A stretch of DNA of 64,000 nucleotides from an uncultured Bacilli bacterium. Its GTDB lineage: Bacteria > Bacillota_I > Bacilli_A > RF39 > UBA660. The notes below the pieces were generated by a model. That model searched no databases, had not been told where the DNA came from, and was given only the letters and a program-made list of their open reading frames with translations. Below, piece after piece: positions 63,579 through 64,000 of the stretch (the first letter of the stretch is position 1; each line of letters starts with the position of its first letter). Made by a program: the position numbers and the translations under genes. The stretch covers positions 3,458 to 67,457 of the forward strand of contig CALVYK010000006.1 in NCBI GenBank assembly GCA_944372195.1, in the 5' to 3' direction.

Positions 63579-64000
63579 TTATTTTTTCCTATTAGAGTTT
63601 TTAGATTGGTTTTTGTCTGGTTCCAATAATCCGTTATTAGGTTGGCTATTATCCCCCAAGTTATCCCCAATATTGTTTCCGTTGTTATAAAATTCCCCTG
63701 TGGGTTGTACTGTTGAGGTTGTATTATTCGGTTTAATATTGGATTTAACTGTCGCATCTATGTTATTAATACCATTTCCATTATTATTTCTTATTTTATC
63801 TTTAAGAGTATTAATTTTGTTTTGTCCTTGTTCTTCTAATATCTCTTGTTTTGCCTGTAAAAATAATTTATAATCATCAAATATAGCTTTTTCAGATATA
63901 CCATAATTTAATAGTAAAAACTCATCCCAATCATTTTTATTACCACAAAATAAATAATATGGTTGTTGGTGTTGTTGACTAGATTGGTTTTGTAGAGCTT
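63579..64000 (-). CDS. Hypothetical protein, 5'-truncated by the window end (Asn/Gly-rich C-terminus)
   Basis: Hand-translated open frame from 63998 to the stop at 63579-63581 (...YYLFCGNKNDWDEFLLLNYGISEKAIFDDYKLFLQAKQEILEEQ...NSNRKK); not in the track because its start is outside the window. Confidence 0.5.
   Translation of the reverse strand, partial: ALQNQSSQQHQQPYYLFCGNKNDWDEFLLLNYGISEKAIFDDYKLFLQAKQEILEEQGQNKINTLKDKIRNNNGNGINNIDATVKSNIKPNNTTSTVQPTGEFYNNGNNIGDNLGDNSQPNNGLLEPDKNQSKNSNRKK

Noticed and set aside
63569-63757. First 63 codons of track ORF 63320-63757
   Set aside because: They overlap, out of frame, the C-terminus of a longer ORF entering from the window edge (stop at 63579-63581). 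An RBS-preceded ATG at 63568 follows that stop.
1-64000. Stop-codon reassignment / suppressor tRNA, integrase or lysogeny module, and virion structural genes
   Set aside because: All long ORFs are intact under the standard code and no tRNA has a CTA/TTA/TCA anticodon. No recombinase, repressor-Cro pair, capsid, portal, terminase large subunit or tail motifs were recognised in this window.

Overview
Very AT-rich, gene-dense DNA with about 100 short-spaced genes, which looks like part of a large phage genome from a low-GC, probably anaerobic, Firmicute-like host. This is inferred from consensus TTGACA-N16-18-(TGn)TATAAT promoters, GGAGG-type ribosome-binding sites and class III (anaerobic) ribonucleotide reductase genes. 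No integrase, structural or lysis-cassette genes were recognised. Layout: 1-600 is a non-coding repeat block with a candidate small RNA. 600-11,000 is a minus-strand array of very small genes, most preceded by their own copy of a conserved promoter-leader cassette. 11-45 kb (minus strand) carries nucleotide/DNA/RNA-metabolism genes: three DNA methyltransferases, three metallophosphoesterases, a MoxR-like AAA+ ATPase, a radical-SAM cluster, Pnkp plus Rnl1-like RNA ligase, NrdH-like/TSCPD/NrdG/NrdD (NrdD carries a LAGLIDADG intein) and a sigma factor. 45.5-47.0 kb is a dense RNA-gene island with canonical and non-canonical tRNAs, a tmRNA, a permuted tRNA-like RNA and an unclassified ~290-nt structured RNA. 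47-49.8 kb encodes primase and thymidine kinase. 49.8-50.3 kb is a repeat-rich divergent control/origin-like region. 50.3-62.1 kb is a plus-strand replication module: SSB-like protein, DnaB, RuvC-like protein, helical+vWA protein, dNMP kinase, Pol III alpha, a lytic transglycosylase and a PD-(D/E)XK nuclease. The most interesting signal is an RNA-centred one. A conserved helix-plus-internal-loop module (AGAATACAnACAGCA ... GTATTCT) occurs four times. One copy closes a circularly permuted tRNA-like fold inside the tRNA cluster, which is the YrlA / Y-RNA architecture. Three copies sit immediately upstream of a helical+vWA (Ro60-like architecture) gene. Together with the tmRNA, tRNAs and Pnkp/RNA ligase, this suggests a phage-borne RNA repair/quality-control system. 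All calls come from reading the sequence and ORF track; no database search was run.
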